Shown: positions 19,796-31,161 of the stretch, piece after piece
How positions within the stretch are numbered: position 1 is the first letter of the stretch
How the letters are laid out: each line of letters begins with the position of its first letter
Assembly: GCA_002269645.1 (NCBI GenBank)
Contig: NIVC01000061.1
Location: forward strand, 310,001-374,000
Source: Macrostomum lignano
Taxonomy: Eukaryota
DNA: 64,000 nucleotides
Direction: 5' to 3'
Notes under the pieces: generated by a model
The model's input: the letters and a program-made list of their open reading frames with translations, nothing else
Databases searched by the model: none
What the model was told of the DNA's origin: nothing
Program-made: the position numbers and the translations under genes

Positions 19796-20785
19796 ATGCT
19801 GTTGTCGGTGATGTTACTCCTGACGCTGATCGCAAGTCGCCTGCCAACGAGTCGGCCGCAGCGCAACCTCGCCGATGAATCCATCACCGAGTGGGTGAAC
19901 TTCCTCCGCTGGCTGCAGCCTGGCGTCACCTCCTTCACGTTGTCGTTTGGCGACTCGCTCAGCCTGGACTGTCGCGGCACCAGCCACGTGAAGAAGGTCC
20001 GCCTGCCGCTGGCCTTTGAGTGGCGCCTGCACGACCGAGCGCTGACAGACGAGGGCCCGACCGGCCGGGTGAGCCTGATGGACGACGACGGCCGCCTGAC
20101 GGTGGAAAACGTCAACGAGCGCGACGGCGGGCTTTACGCGGCCTACGCGGAGACTCGCTCTCTGGCCCGGCTGCTCGACCTGAGCCTGGCCACCGGCCCG
20201 AATGACACTAGGGTGCAGCTCGGCGACCGGTTCCTCGGGTCCCGGTTGGCCCTGTGCCTGTTCGTTGTTCGCGTGGAGACTCTCCGGGTGTTCTCGCTTC
20301 GCGAGGGCGACCCGTTTGAAGTGAACGCCAGCAGCTGGCTGGCGCCGGTCGCCGACACGCTGGACGCGCTGGGCATGGCCCAGGAGGAGTGGAGCCTGGC
20401 TTGGTACCACCAGGACGAGACCAGCGTGCCGTGCCGGCGTATCGCCGTCTGTCACCTGGCGTTGAACGGCTCGCACGAGGTCGGCAACGGCGGCTGGAGT
20501 TTGGAGCTGCGCAGCCTGGTTGACACCAAGAGTCAGCGTCGAGTGCTGATGGAGTTCAGCGTAACTGTGCTCCCAGCGCTGAGCTACCTGGAGTCGTTCC
20601 CGCTGGAGACGCACCAGTACTACATGGTTTCCGGGACGCTGATGATTGCGCTGTTCCTGCTGTCGCTGCACCTCTTCAACAATTTGAACTGGACGCCGTT
20701 CGCTTTTGACGTCCTGCCGGATCAGGTGTCACCAAAGGCTGTGCTCGATCAGGCCGGTGTCTTCTTGAAGGATAGTCGTGTTTGA
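19796..20785 (+). CDS. Type I membrane protein with Ig-like ectodomain, single exon, 329 aa
   Basis: GC-rich ORF with a signal peptide, an Ig-like pattern (LSLDC...FEWRL...GRLTVENVNERDGGLY), a possible second Ig-like domain, a TM segment YYMVSGTLMIALFLLSLHLF and a short tail. Confidence 0.8.
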   Translation: MLLSVMLLLTLIASRLPTSRPQRNLADESITEWVNFLRWLQPGVTSFTLSFGDSLSLDCRGTSHVKKVRLPLAFEWRLHDRALTDEGPTGRVSLMDDDGRLTVENVNERDGGLYAAYAETRSLARLLDLSLATGPNDTRVQLGDRFLGSRLALCLFVVRVETLRVFSLREGDPFEVNASSWLAPVADTLDALGMAQEEWSLAWYHQDETSVPCRRIAVCHLALNGSHEVGNGGWSLELRSLVDTKSQRRVLMEFSVTVLPALSYLESFPLETHQYYMVSGTLMIALFLLSLHLFNNLNWTPFAFDVLPDQVSPKAVLDQAGVFLKDSRV

Positions 20786-21090
20786 TTGACTGGTTGATTG
20801 ACTGGCTGGATTGGTTGATTGACTGGCTGGATTGGTTGATTGACTGGCTGGATTGGTTGATTGACTGGCTGGATTGGTTGATTGACTGGCTGGATTGGTT
20901 GATTGACTGGCTGGATTGGTTGATTGACTGGCTGGATTGGTTGATTGACTGGCTGGATTGGTTGATTGACTGGCTGGATTGGTTGATTGATAGATTAGCT
21001 GATTGATTAATTGATTAATTGATTGATTAACTTATTTATTGATTGGTTAATTGATTGATTGACTGATTGAACTGCTTGATTGATTGATTA
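20782..21090. repeat. 21-bp minisatellite starting at the Ig-protein stop codon
   Basis: Unit GATTGGTTGATTGACTGGCTG, decaying into (GATT)n. Confidence 0.93.
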
Positions 21091-22339
21091 TTTGATGAAT
21101 AGATTAATTCATTTATAAACAACATTTTTAAAATCTAGGATGCTCACTTGCCTCTAACTTTATCTATCAACTTTTTAATGGACCGGTTAAAGAGTGTTTA
21201 ATGTTTCATTGTTAAATTATTTAATGTTCAATTGACTAATTGATTCAATCGCGGGATTCTGCTTCCCTCCACTTCACAAGCTGCAATGTACATCAGTTGG
21301 CGCGCTGGGAATGTACTTTTTTCCTGCACCGCGGTACCAGAACGTATCACGTGATCTGCTATTTTCAATCTCTCCGTGAGCAGCCCCGTGATAAAACTTC
21401 TGATACTTTTTATTGCTATTCACAACTGGGTTCATTTGTTAATTTGTAAAACTTATCGCAACCTTATCTTATCAATCTGTAATTCACTTTATTTTTAAGC
21501 CAATTAACTGTGCGAAATACGAGGTGCGTTTCTGGCACACCTCGTATGCCGTTTATAGAAGAATATTCTTGTTCATACATGTATACCCTGCTTCGTGCAG
21601 CAGCCTCTTCTCACTAGCTAAATAACTGACACTGTCAAAAATAGACATCCGCGGGTGCAGGGAAAGCTGCTGAAATAAAAAACTCCGCAGTTAGCGTGTA
21701 AAGCAAGCCTCTCTCAAACTAACAGTGCCTCTCTTAGCTTCATGACTGGGGCGTCTCACGGCTGGCTCTTTCCTTTACCTTGCAGTCGTGAAGGGGAGAA
21801 TTTAGAGACACTTTTGTCCTGCAAAAATTTTTCCAACTAAAAACGGTTCAACTGTTGTCTCTCACATGCTCTTTGCAGGCTCCCAGTGTGCGGAGACGCG
21901 CCGTGAGGGGGCTGCGTCCGTCCAGCCTCCTCCGCCACATCTGCCCTGTACTCTCCTTCCCACCCAGCTAATTTTCCCAGACCCAGGATTCCTAGATTTA
22001 GCATCTGGAGGGAATTTGCAAAAGAAATTAACAATGCCCTTGGACACAGGACCACACGAACTTACCGTTGTATACTCTATACGACAGTAACTTCTAGTGG
22101 TCCTTGAGCTTGGAATGCAGATTAAAACACAGGTGATGTAGGCACGTCCTAGGCCCCCACAAATTTTTGGGCACCCTCCCTTTTTCCCCTTTGATTCCTT
22201 TGTTCCCGTGATGATTAATGCTTATCGCCCACCCCACACTCCTCCACGCACCAACCCCACCTCCTTTCTATTTTTCGAAATCATTCATGCGTTTGACAGT
22301 TTATGACTCCCTATCTCGGTTCCCAAGCTTTTTATTGCC

Positions 22340-22940
22340 TGTTACGTAATCCGCAATCATAAATCATTTTTCGCCCAATCGCAGCACGGCTGGCGGATGA
22401 CGTCATCAGGGTTGCTTGATAACGGAGGTCAAGGACAGGTCACGGGCTTCAATATCACGCATCACGTGATCGTGATCCGTGTGACGCATGATCTTAGGTC
22501 TATAAATCAGAGCCCGTTTTGAGCCCTGAGCGGCAACCGTTTCCTGTGCCACCACTTCCTGAACTTGCTGTAACTTTCCTTGGCTTTGGGCTCCTGTTGC
22601 ATCTCGTCTGGACTGATCGTCCGTGACTGCAGCCGCCGCCGCGACTATCCGACGACCCCCGTGCCAAGCAGCCCTGCCCGCCGGCCGCGTCTGTAAGTTA
22701 TTTCTGTCTATTTACCTATTTACTTTGAGTCGTGGTATGAACTGTGAGTAGTGAGTGCGCCATAGCAGTAACAATACTTCTCAATAAGTCCCCGTAGGAT
22801 GTGCACCACGAGAGAGTGGGGACAACTATAACACTTAATTTTGGTGGTCCCCGCGAGAGAGCTTTGGAACCTGCACTTCCTCATACCCTGCTGCATCGAA
22901 CCCATCTAGGACGGAAAAACTAAGATGGCGTTGTCTATTA
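22340..22940 (+). mobile_element. 5-prime LTR (22340-22833) plus PBS of a second LTR family, internal region truncated
   Basis: TGTTA...TAACA termini and an internal TATAAA near 22501. TGGTGGTCCCCGCG at 22842 is complementary to a tRNA-type 3-prime end (...GGGACCACCA). No matching 3-prime LTR in the window. Confidence 0.65.
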
Positions 22941-23000
22941 TCCACCCTTGGAATCCTTGGGCTTAGAAGGGAATCTTCTATATACTAATTTTGCGCTGTT

Positions 23001-23002
23001 TA

Positions 23003-23085
<83 letters not shown>

Positions 23086-23100
23086 GCCTGTCTGTCTGCC

Positions 23101-23149
<49 letters not shown>

Positions 23150-23168
23150 GGCTGTCTGTCTGTCTGTG
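23001..23168. repeat. (TCTG)n microsatellite
   Basis: Direct reading of the sequence. Confidence 0.96.
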
Positions 23169-24348
23169 TGATGGATCTTTCGAGAACCTTCTGGCCGAGA
23201 AATAAAGCCGATATGTATCGAAAAATGTAAAGCTGCAAAAATGAAGCCGATATGTATCGAAAAATATGAAACTGCCAAATGCGATATGTACAGAATGAAT
23301 ACAGAAAACCCTGCGATGAAAAAATCGATTTGGAAGTACTGGGTCAAATATTATGAATTTGAATGCCCCCATGGGGGGCTTGGTGCGCTAGTTGTAGTCT
23401 AAAACCGCTCACCAGCTTAAAGACCCCCCAATGCAAAAGTCCTCGTTTTCAGCACTGACTAGACTAGCATAGAGTCCCTCAATCGGCCATTTCTAGTACA
23501 GTTGGGGTAAAGAACCTTCCTCTGTTACAGACCAGGAGTCCCGTCTCGTTAGTGGGAGTTTTTACCGTGTGTACTCCAGCACAGGTGACTGGTGGCGGCC
23601 ACTGGTGTGTACCTTCAAACAACCTGAGCCCGCTGTCTAGATAATGGGATCTTGGCCGCAAAGTCAGCTACCGCACCATCCAGAGGCGGACAAAGTCTAG
23701 GGGACAAGGCCCGGTGTCTGTACCTTTCAGCGCCAGAGCCCAGTGGTTGCACAGGTGTATTCATGCAGCCCGGATTACGTCACAGGGTTTTCGTTGATAG
23801 GAATAATTGGATTGATGCAGGCCTCGATAAATTGCAATTTGCACCTCGGCTGGGTGATAGATCATCGACATTGACTCGTATATGAAACGAAACAAATCAT
23901 TAATTATTCTCTCTGTCAAAGCATCAGAGCTCGTCCCAAACAGGCCGCAGCAGTCAGTCAGCTTCATTTGGCAGTGGGAAAACGGAGTTCTGTGCTCAGC
24001 TCTGCTTCATTCCAGATAGCTGAGTTCTAAAACACTTCGGCTCAGTGGAAAACTTACTACCTGCGATTTGCAGAGCAGCGCATGAGAATCTTGCTCACGC
24101 CTTCCTCCCTGGGCCAATCGGGCTGCGCACCCGTCCTGCTTGTCATCATTAGCCACGAGAAGCTGTAGGGCAAATCCGCTAGCAAATTTCCAGCAGAAAT
24201 GCATCTCTAACAGGTGCGTACTCTAAGTTTATAAAGTGCCACTTCGCTAGCTACACAGAAGCTGGCATACACGGCGCATTTCATAGCCATGATTAGCAAA
24301 TGCATCAGAAGATTTTCAAAATGCCTGCTCTGCTTCCACTGCAAGCAG

Positions 24349-25491
24349 ATGATGTTGCCAAGGCTTTCCAACTCCTGCCTGCCGCTCATTGCCGGCATGG
24401 CTTTGGGGACCAGCGTCACCTTCCTGCTGCTCAGCCTGGCCCAGCTGCACTACAGAAGTCCCACCAGTCCGACGGTGCACCAACCGTTGCTACAACCAAA
24501 GCAGCTCTTTCGCGGGGACGACTTTCCTGAGCAGTACCGGCGCCTGGTCCGCCGCATGCACGAGTCGCTGTACCGCTTTGACCGGCCCGGCCTGCTGCTG
24601 CCGCTCATGCGGCTCTCCGAAGCCGACAGGAGCCGCTCGCACCGGGAAGCGGCCGGCAGGGCGTGGCTCCGCAGCCAGTCGGTGGTGGTGGCAGCCACCG
24701 TGCGCACCAGCATGGTCGGCCTGCCGAGCTCCATGCACAATGTCCAGCGCCTCAGAGCTCTGTTCAACGAGTCCTGGCTGGTGCTGGTTGAGAACGACTC
24801 GACGGACTCGACTCGCAGCTACCTGCACAAAATGACGCTGACCGACCCGAACGTGCGGCTGCTGGGCTGCGGCCGGGTCAGCTCCCCGCTGCCGTGCCGC
24901 ATCGACATCCGCTACAGCAGCGGGCGCCGGCACGTGCCCGGCTCCTACATAAAGCGGAACTTTACCGAGGAGGTCGAGCGCGGCCTGGCCATGTCCGCCC
25001 TCCGCAACATGTACCTGGACTACATCTACGAGCACCTGGCCGACCGGGCATCGCTCCTGCTGATCGTGGACCCGGACATCACCTGGCAGGACTGGGATCT
25101 GGACAGCATCGCTCAGGGAGTTTACTACTTTGCGGCCAAGCCCAAAATGCAGCAGCTCTGCGCCCACTCCACTGTCAGGCGCAAAGTCTACGACCCGTGC
25201 ACACTGAGCTTCCACCTGAACAAGCGCTTCGGCGAGGACACCAAGTACCCTGTGGTCAGCTACGAGAAGTCGCTTCGAGACGCACCGCGCAGCCTGCCGC
25301 CGGTGAAGGTGGAGAGCTGCTTCCAGGGCGTGTCGTTCTACCGGATGTCAGCTCTGGCGGCCCGCAAGCTGCACTATGAGCGAAGTCAGGGCGAGTGGAT
25401 GTGCGAGCACAACACGCTCTCAAGGCAGCTGGACGAGGTGTACATCGACCCGCAGATGCGGCTGCGAGTCAGGGCTGCTAACGTGGGCTGA
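24349..25491 (+). CDS. Type II membrane GT-A glycosyltransferase, CAP59/GT69- or GT2-like, single exon, about 380 aa
   Basis: The likely start is the ATG at 24349 (the ORF is open from 24289). N-terminal signal-anchor, then motifs LVLVENDSTDST, AMSALRNMYLD, LIVDPDI (DxD), PVKVESCFQGVSFYR, CEHNTL and VYIDPQMR. The family assignment comes from motif recall, not a database search. Confidence 0.8.
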   Translation: MMLPRLSNSCLPLIAGMALGTSVTFLLLSLAQLHYRSPTSPTVHQPLLQPKQLFRGDDFPEQYRRLVRRMHESLYRFDRPGLLLPLMRLSEADRSRSHREAAGRAWLRSQSVVVAATVRTSMVGLPSSMHNVQRLRALFNESWLVLVENDSTDSTRSYLHKMTLTDPNVRLLGCGRVSSPLPCRIDIRYSSGRRHVPGSYIKRNFTEEVERGLAMSALRNMYLDYIYEHLADRASLLLIVDPDITWQDWDLDSIAQGVYYFAAKPKMQQLCAHSTVRRKVYDPCTLSFHLNKRFGEDTKYPVVSYEKSLRDAPRSLPPVKVESCFQGVSFYRMSALAARKLHYERSQGEWMCEHNTLSRQLDEVYIDPQMRLRVRAANVG

Positions 25492-25526
25492 CTGGGTGTG
25501 GCTGTCTATCAATGCATAATATTACC

Positions 25527-25920
25527 CATTTATTCCCATTTGGGCCCGACCATAGACTATTTGGAGTTTTAATCGCACTAGGCCAAATTTATGGCCGTTT
25601 CTGTAGTCTATGGGCGGGCCCAAGTGAGGAATAAATACGTTTCTGTAGTCTATGGCCGGGCCCAAGTGAGGAATAAATTCGTTTCTGTAGTCTATGGCCG
25701 GGCCCAAGTGAGCAATAAATACGTTTCTGTAGTCTATGGCCGAGCCCAAGTGAGCAATAAATACGTTTCTGTAGTCTATGGCCGAGCCCAAGTGAGGAAT
25801 AAATTCATTTCTGTAGTCTATGCCGGGCCCAAGTGAGCAATAAATACGTTTCTGTAGTCTATGGCCGAGCCCAAGTGAGGAATAAATTCGTTTCTGTAGT
25901 CTATGCCGGGCCCAAGTGAG
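25527..25920. repeat. 42-bp tandem array preceded by one inverted unit
   Basis: Unit GTTTCTGTAGTCTATGGCCGGGCCCAAGTGAGGAATAAATAC. Inverted copy at about 25527-25565; a solo unit lies at about 15435-15480. Confidence 0.9.
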
Positions 25921-26391
25921 GATTTAATAAATACATTATTCCCCGCTTGTCTCGCTTATCAACGGCAGCGACGAACGGCTAAGCGAAGACAAAGTTTATG
26001 TGTACATCCGGCTGCTAGTTTTCTGTTCGCACAGTGCTCTACTATCCATATAGATGAATGAATTCGTTATTCTCGAGTCCTCTGTAATTTTTAGTTCTCT
26101 ACCATGGTCCGCTTCCTGCACCTGGGACGGAGAAAATCAATGATTTATTGCCCAGTAAAAAACTCTCAGACATACGCCAGGGGCAAGTGGGAGGCACATC
26201 CAAGTTAAATCTGATTTCAAATCTTCATGCCTTACGCGCGTACGTTCTGTCATTCAAGATTTTGCAAGATAACTGAAAGGTCTACTTTAAGTAGTTCATC
26301 GTAAGGATGCTTTGAAGTAAAATAATTAAAAATTTAGTTCAATTTGCGCAGGAATAAAATGGAGTCCGTCTCAATTTCTTTTACATGTACT

Positions 26392-26690
<299 letters not shown>

Positions 26691-27016
26691 CTAGTGTTAC
26701 ACAAAGACTGTAACACAAATATAGTTCAACCAAGAGAGGCTATCTACTTTGAGTTTAACTTATTTAGCTAGGTGCAATGTGATGCTACAAACGAAATTTT
26801 GTCCAAATCGAAAACTGCACTGTGAAATTTTGGATGAAAAGAGTCGACAAAGCTTCAGAGTAAACAAAGTATTGGTTTTTGCATGCTAAGTGAGACATTT
26901 TTCTAGCAATCTGAGACTGAATAGCAAAAACACTATTGTCTATGGCCACCACTCGCTGCAGCCCAGCTTTTTGGGATCGCCTTGCAAGCAAAGTGAGAAA
27001 TTTTTTAAAGCTAAGT

Positions 27017-30000
27017 CACTCTTCCCCTGAAGTAGGATATTGGTCCATGAAATATACCAAGAAAGCAGTTTGTTTCCCATGGATCAGTGTCCTTATAGTA
27101 GCCTAAAACAATGTTCACTGAAATCCTATCGCATTGTCTGTACACCGTATAGGTATATTAATTAGTCCAGTACTAGCTGGCTGTTATAGTTAGTATTTAC
27201 TTCACACTAGGGCCTCTGAATTGAATATTTATAGTAAAATTCAGACATGGATATGCAGTTAAATACTTCAATAGATTCAATCCATTTGCACCTGCATATA
27301 TCAACACTTGCACCTGTGTAATAACTACCTTTATATGCACCTTGACACCTTTAATTTTTTCTACCGAAAGTACTGCGAAAAAATCCACAGTGATTGAAAG
27401 TGATATAATAAGTAAGTCTAAAAAGTTGCTTGTATTCTGAATGTATACGAAAGATGTTGCTGAATAGAACATTGTTTAGAAATAGAAACCAGAAATAGAA
27501 CCATACAAAAGACAATACAATACAAAGAACCATACAATACAACTAAAACAGACTAGCAACTCACTATTGAAGAAACAAATAAATCAGGCAAGGTCAGTCA
27601 GTTTATGTCCAGTTGATCAAACCATAACGTTAGAAGTTCAAATATGAAACGAATTATAGTTCACAACAGCCTGAAGAAGGTTTGCGGCATACTGTGGATG
27701 ATTGAAAGGGCGCCGATATCTTTGCCAGGTGGCCTCGAAATCACTGTGAGCTGACTCCACTGTCTGCTCACTAAAGCTCCCCAATGCCTTGCCAGACTTT
27801 GAACAGAATGTTGGCACATGGTGGAATAGTGCATGCATCTTGGGTGTCACATTTAACTGGAGGAACTGGCATGTCGTCTGAAATCGAGCAATATGCAAAG
27901 CAAAGTCATTGGCAAGAGTTTGGCCAAAGCAGGCTAGCCGAATTGCATTGAAATCCTGAAGTGCAACGGCAAACATTTTCAGGTGCGCAGGTAAAATGTT
28001 CCATAGCTCGCCAGCCTTTAGAAGCAGCTTCTTGCATGCTGGACCTTCCAAGCAACCTCCATGATACTGCTGACGACAGATCCCTGCTCCATGGGCCCAC
28101 TTGTAGGCCATATCATTGCCCCATCGGTTGTTGAGCTCATCCAGCAAACGGTTCACAATGCCAAGCATAATGTGCAGCTCAGGTGGTGGCACCAACTCAA
28201 TCAGTTCAGTGGAATCCAGTCCAGGCAGCAGTGGAGACTGAACACAGTTGGCAAAGTGTTTGGCAGCAGGCTGATGTCCGCCGGCCAACTGAAACTCGTT
28301 TGCCAGCCGCCTCACTGAGCCAAGTGTTCTGCTTGGTGCTGGAGTGGTCCATGGAGACTTGCCCTCGCAGTAAAGGCAAGGATGCGTCGAAGCATGGCTT
28401 TGAATGCCACAGATGATGTTGGCTAGCTTGAAGTCACAGGCCAAAGTGAATAGGAAGGAACTGATGTCCATGGTGGATAATAGAGTTTTGACATTCTCGT
28501 AACACTCTTTGACATCCTCTACAATGGCCAGGACGAAAAGCTTTTTAACCCCCGAGTTGAGAAATCTATTGGATGGCCCAGGCATTGAAGCTTGCGCCGG
28601 GAGCCCATCACTATCAGTAACGCTGATGCAAATCTTCAATGAATTCCCTCCACCATCAATTCCAAGCTTGAGATGATGTTCCATCTCAGCCATGCCTCTC
28701 AAACTGCAAACATAAGCCAAGAACTCACTCACATTGCAACAGAACACAGCTGAACGATCAATTGAAATTACTTGCCCAGATGGTTGCTTGCAGATGAACT
28801 GGAGCTGCTCCACAGCAAAGAAATGAGCGACACTCTGGCCTTCAGAAAACAGGAACTCCTTCAATCCAGGTTGAATTGCTTTTCTGTTGCCAGACGCCTC
28901 TCTTATCACTTGCGCAGCTTGAATGGTCTGGTTGGTGCTTAGGTTCAAGGCAGTTTTCATGGCCCTCATTGTGCTGTGCAACATTTGTGGGACATGGCTG
29001 GTTGATGTGTCAACAGCTTGGACTTGGATTGGATGCCCACCGAAACCAGAAGACAGACTAGCTGTTGCAGCATCTCCGGAAGAAGACACGTCTGCTGCGT
29101 TTAGTTTTTCGCGGAGAAAACTGCAGGCTACATGCTCCATTGAACTTGGACTCAAGGTGCTGAGGTAGCGCAGCTTCGCGGCTTGTCCGCATTCATGTCG
29201 CACTCCCCGCGCCACTGGTGACGAGCATGTGCCGCAATGTTTGACGCTGTCTTTCACGGATCCAGGTGCACAGTTCAGAGGACGGCCAAGTGGAGTTGCT
29301 ACCCCTGAATTGAACTCCTCTGACATGTAGGGGTGCGCTACATTCACGTTCTTGTTAGCCCTGCTGGAGGCGACATTGCAGATCCAGCAGCTGCACTCAG
29401 GACGTTCACGAGTGAGTGGTGGAAGGTAGTGCAGATCATCTATTACTTTTTCGTATGGCAAGCGAGGCGGAAGAGGTGCTGGTGCTGCACTGTTCTGCGA
29501 TGACAACTTGATCCGGCAGGAGTTGCAGATACCTGACGGCAGAAATGCTCGGTGTTGAGCAAATCCAGGCAGGACATAGCACTCGATTAAGGCTTCCAGA
29601 CTTACAGTCAATTGTCGGTCACCCTTGCGAAAGCATAAAATGCACACACTGTTTCGACTTTCTTCGTGTGTTCGCCTACTGTTAGGCATTTTGAGAAGCA
29701 ATGAAAGCCAAAAAATATAAAGGCATAAATTTCACACTGACAGTCAGCTCATCTCCTCAAGACTTTTGTCTATGGCCAAACCCTCAACACCAGTGTACAT
29801 ACCAACAAAAACTTGTGAAACAAAATCAAATGTCTATGGAAGAGATCGATTTAAAATTTCCCTTCTCATAAGCCTACCACTGACAAGGCTTGAAAATCTT
29901 GATTGACAAACAAAGTCTGTTGTGCTTTTAGCTTTTTGAAGTGACAGCTGTAGAATATATAGTTTTTACCCCTTGCTCATCTATTATATGGATTTTTTCG

Positions 30001-30358
30001 CAGTACTTACGGTAAAAAAATTAAAGGTGTCAAGGTGCATATAAAGGTAGTTATTACACAGGTGCAAATGTTGATATATGCAGGTGCGAATGGATTGAAT
30101 CTATTGAAGTATTTAACTGCATATCCATGTCTGAATTTTACTATAAATATTCAATTCAGAGGCCCTAGTGTGAAGTAAATACTAACTATAACAGCCAGCT
30201 AGTACTGGACTAATTAATATACCTGTACGGTGTACAGACAATGCGATATGATTTCAGTGAACATTGTTTTAGGCTACTATAAGGACACTGATCCATGGGA
30301 AACAAACCGCTTTCTTGGTATATTTCATGGACCAATATCCTACTTCAGGGGAAGAGTG
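27017..30358 (-). mobile_element. Chapaev (CMC superfamily) DNA transposon, apparently intact
   Basis: TIRs 27017-27387 and 29989-30358 (CACTCTTCCCCTG... / ...CAGGGGAAGAGTG) with only a handful of mismatches, a perfect 4-bp TSD AAGT and one long ORF. Confidence 0.9.
27638..29689 (-). CDS. Chapaev-type DDE transposase, about 683 aa, uninterrupted
   Basis: N-terminal H-x7-C-x2-C...LPSGICNSC...CSCWIC zinc finger (Chapa-type). Core motifs GIDGGG (D), LACDFKL (D), HPCLYCE, PPPELHIMLG, TPKMH and GSFSEQTVESAH (E). Confidence 0.9.
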   Translation of the reverse strand: MPNSRRTHEESRNSVCILCFRKGDRQLTVSLEALIECYVLPGFAQHRAFLPSGICNSCRIKLSSQNSAAPAPLPPRLPYEKVIDDLHYLPPLTRERPECSCWICNVASSRANKNVNVAHPYMSEEFNSGVATPLGRPLNCAPGSVKDSVKHCGTCSSPVARGVRHECGQAAKLRYLSTLSPSSMEHVACSFLREKLNAADVSSSGDAATASLSSGFGGHPIQVQAVDTSTSHVPQMLHSTMRAMKTALNLSTNQTIQAAQVIREASGNRKAIQPGLKEFLFSEGQSVAHFFAVEQLQFICKQPSGQVISIDRSAVFCCNVSEFLAYVCSLRGMAEMEHHLKLGIDGGGNSLKICISVTDSDGLPAQASMPGPSNRFLNSGVKKLFVLAIVEDVKECYENVKTLLSTMDISSFLFTLACDFKLANIICGIQSHASTHPCLYCEGKSPWTTPAPSRTLGSVRRLANEFQLAGGHQPAAKHFANCVQSPLLPGLDSTELIELVPPPELHIMLGIVNRLLDELNNRWGNDMAYKWAHGAGICRQQYHGGCLEGPACKKLLLKAGELWNILPAHLKMFAVALQDFNAIRLACFGQTLANDFALHIARFQTTCQFLQLNVTPKMHALFHHVPTFCSKSGKALGSFSEQTVESAHSDFEATWQRYRRPFNHPQYAANLLQAVVNYNSFHI

Positions 30359-30742
30359 AAGTGAGAACCATATTGAAAACAAAGGCTGGGCTATGGCAAA
30401 TCAACTGCGTCTAACAAGCAACGAGGATAGAGAGCGCCCGCCTGGTCAAAGTCAACAATTTTTGTACCACTTGTTTTGTTGTGTTCCTGCGTATCCTTTT
30501 CTAAATATATAGTTTCCGACAGTACATCATTTTGTAATTTCGTAAAACCACCCCTTTTTCAATATGGTTCTCACTTAGCTTGAAAAAATGTCTCACTTTA
30601 CTTGCAAGGCGCGCCCAAAAAGCTGGGCTGCAGCGAGGGGTGGCCATAGACAATAGTGTTTTTGCTATTCAGTCTCAGATTGCTTGAAAAATGTCCCACT
30701 TAGCATGCAAAAACCAATATTTGCTTAAAGTGCATGCATGTA

Positions 30743-31161
30743 TAGTATTTGTCATGCTATCTCAGCCTAGAGACATCCAAACTCAGCCAGCCCATCTCGA
30801 CAGTGCGATTTTTTACGTAAGCCAGTCAAGTTTTACCATAGACATGCTTCTTAAGGCCATGCTATCTCAGCCTGGGACATGCAATCTCAGCGTTGTTGCG
30901 TACCCTTACTGACTTTTCTTGCTGCGTTCATTCATTGCTGTTTGTTGCCATTTCATGTCACGTTATAGAAATGATAGCATTGAGATCTGTTTGCAATTGA
31001 AATCTATATTGGCTGAGATTGCATGTCCCAGGCTGAGATAGCATGGCCTCAAGAAGCATGTCCATGGCAAAAGTCGACTAGCTCGAGCCAAAAAAACGCA
31101 TTGCGGAATGGGACTGGCTGAGTTTGGATGTCCCTAGGCTGAGATAGCATGACAAATACTA
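30743..31161. mobile_element. MITE with ~160-bp inverted arms and TA flanks (Tc1/mariner-like)
   Basis: TA-TAGTATTTGTCATGCTATCTCAGCC...GGCTGAGATAGCATGACAAATACTA-TA. Confidence 0.85.

Larger units (their letters stand above)
26865..30723. mobile_element. MITE/foldback element (~515 bp, ~170-bp inverted arms) split by the Chapaev insertion
   Basis: Left arm 26865-27016 plus 30363-~30380 is the reverse complement of ~30555-30723. Removing the Chapaev and one AAGT restores GCTAAGTGAGAACCATATTG, the exact complement of the right arm. Confidence 0.85.

Noticed and set aside
21250-21810. Old foldback element with a central 10-bp hairpin (ATACGAGGTG/CACCTCGTAT, about 21517-21547); possible Helitron end
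   Set aside because: The inverted similarity is patchy, no termini or TSD can be defined, and no CTRR follows the hairpin.
24300-25379. Alternative-frame and antisense ORFs overlapping the GC-rich genes (also at 19814, 38532, 45811 and others)
   Set aside because: These are shadow ORFs expected from high GC3 codon usage.
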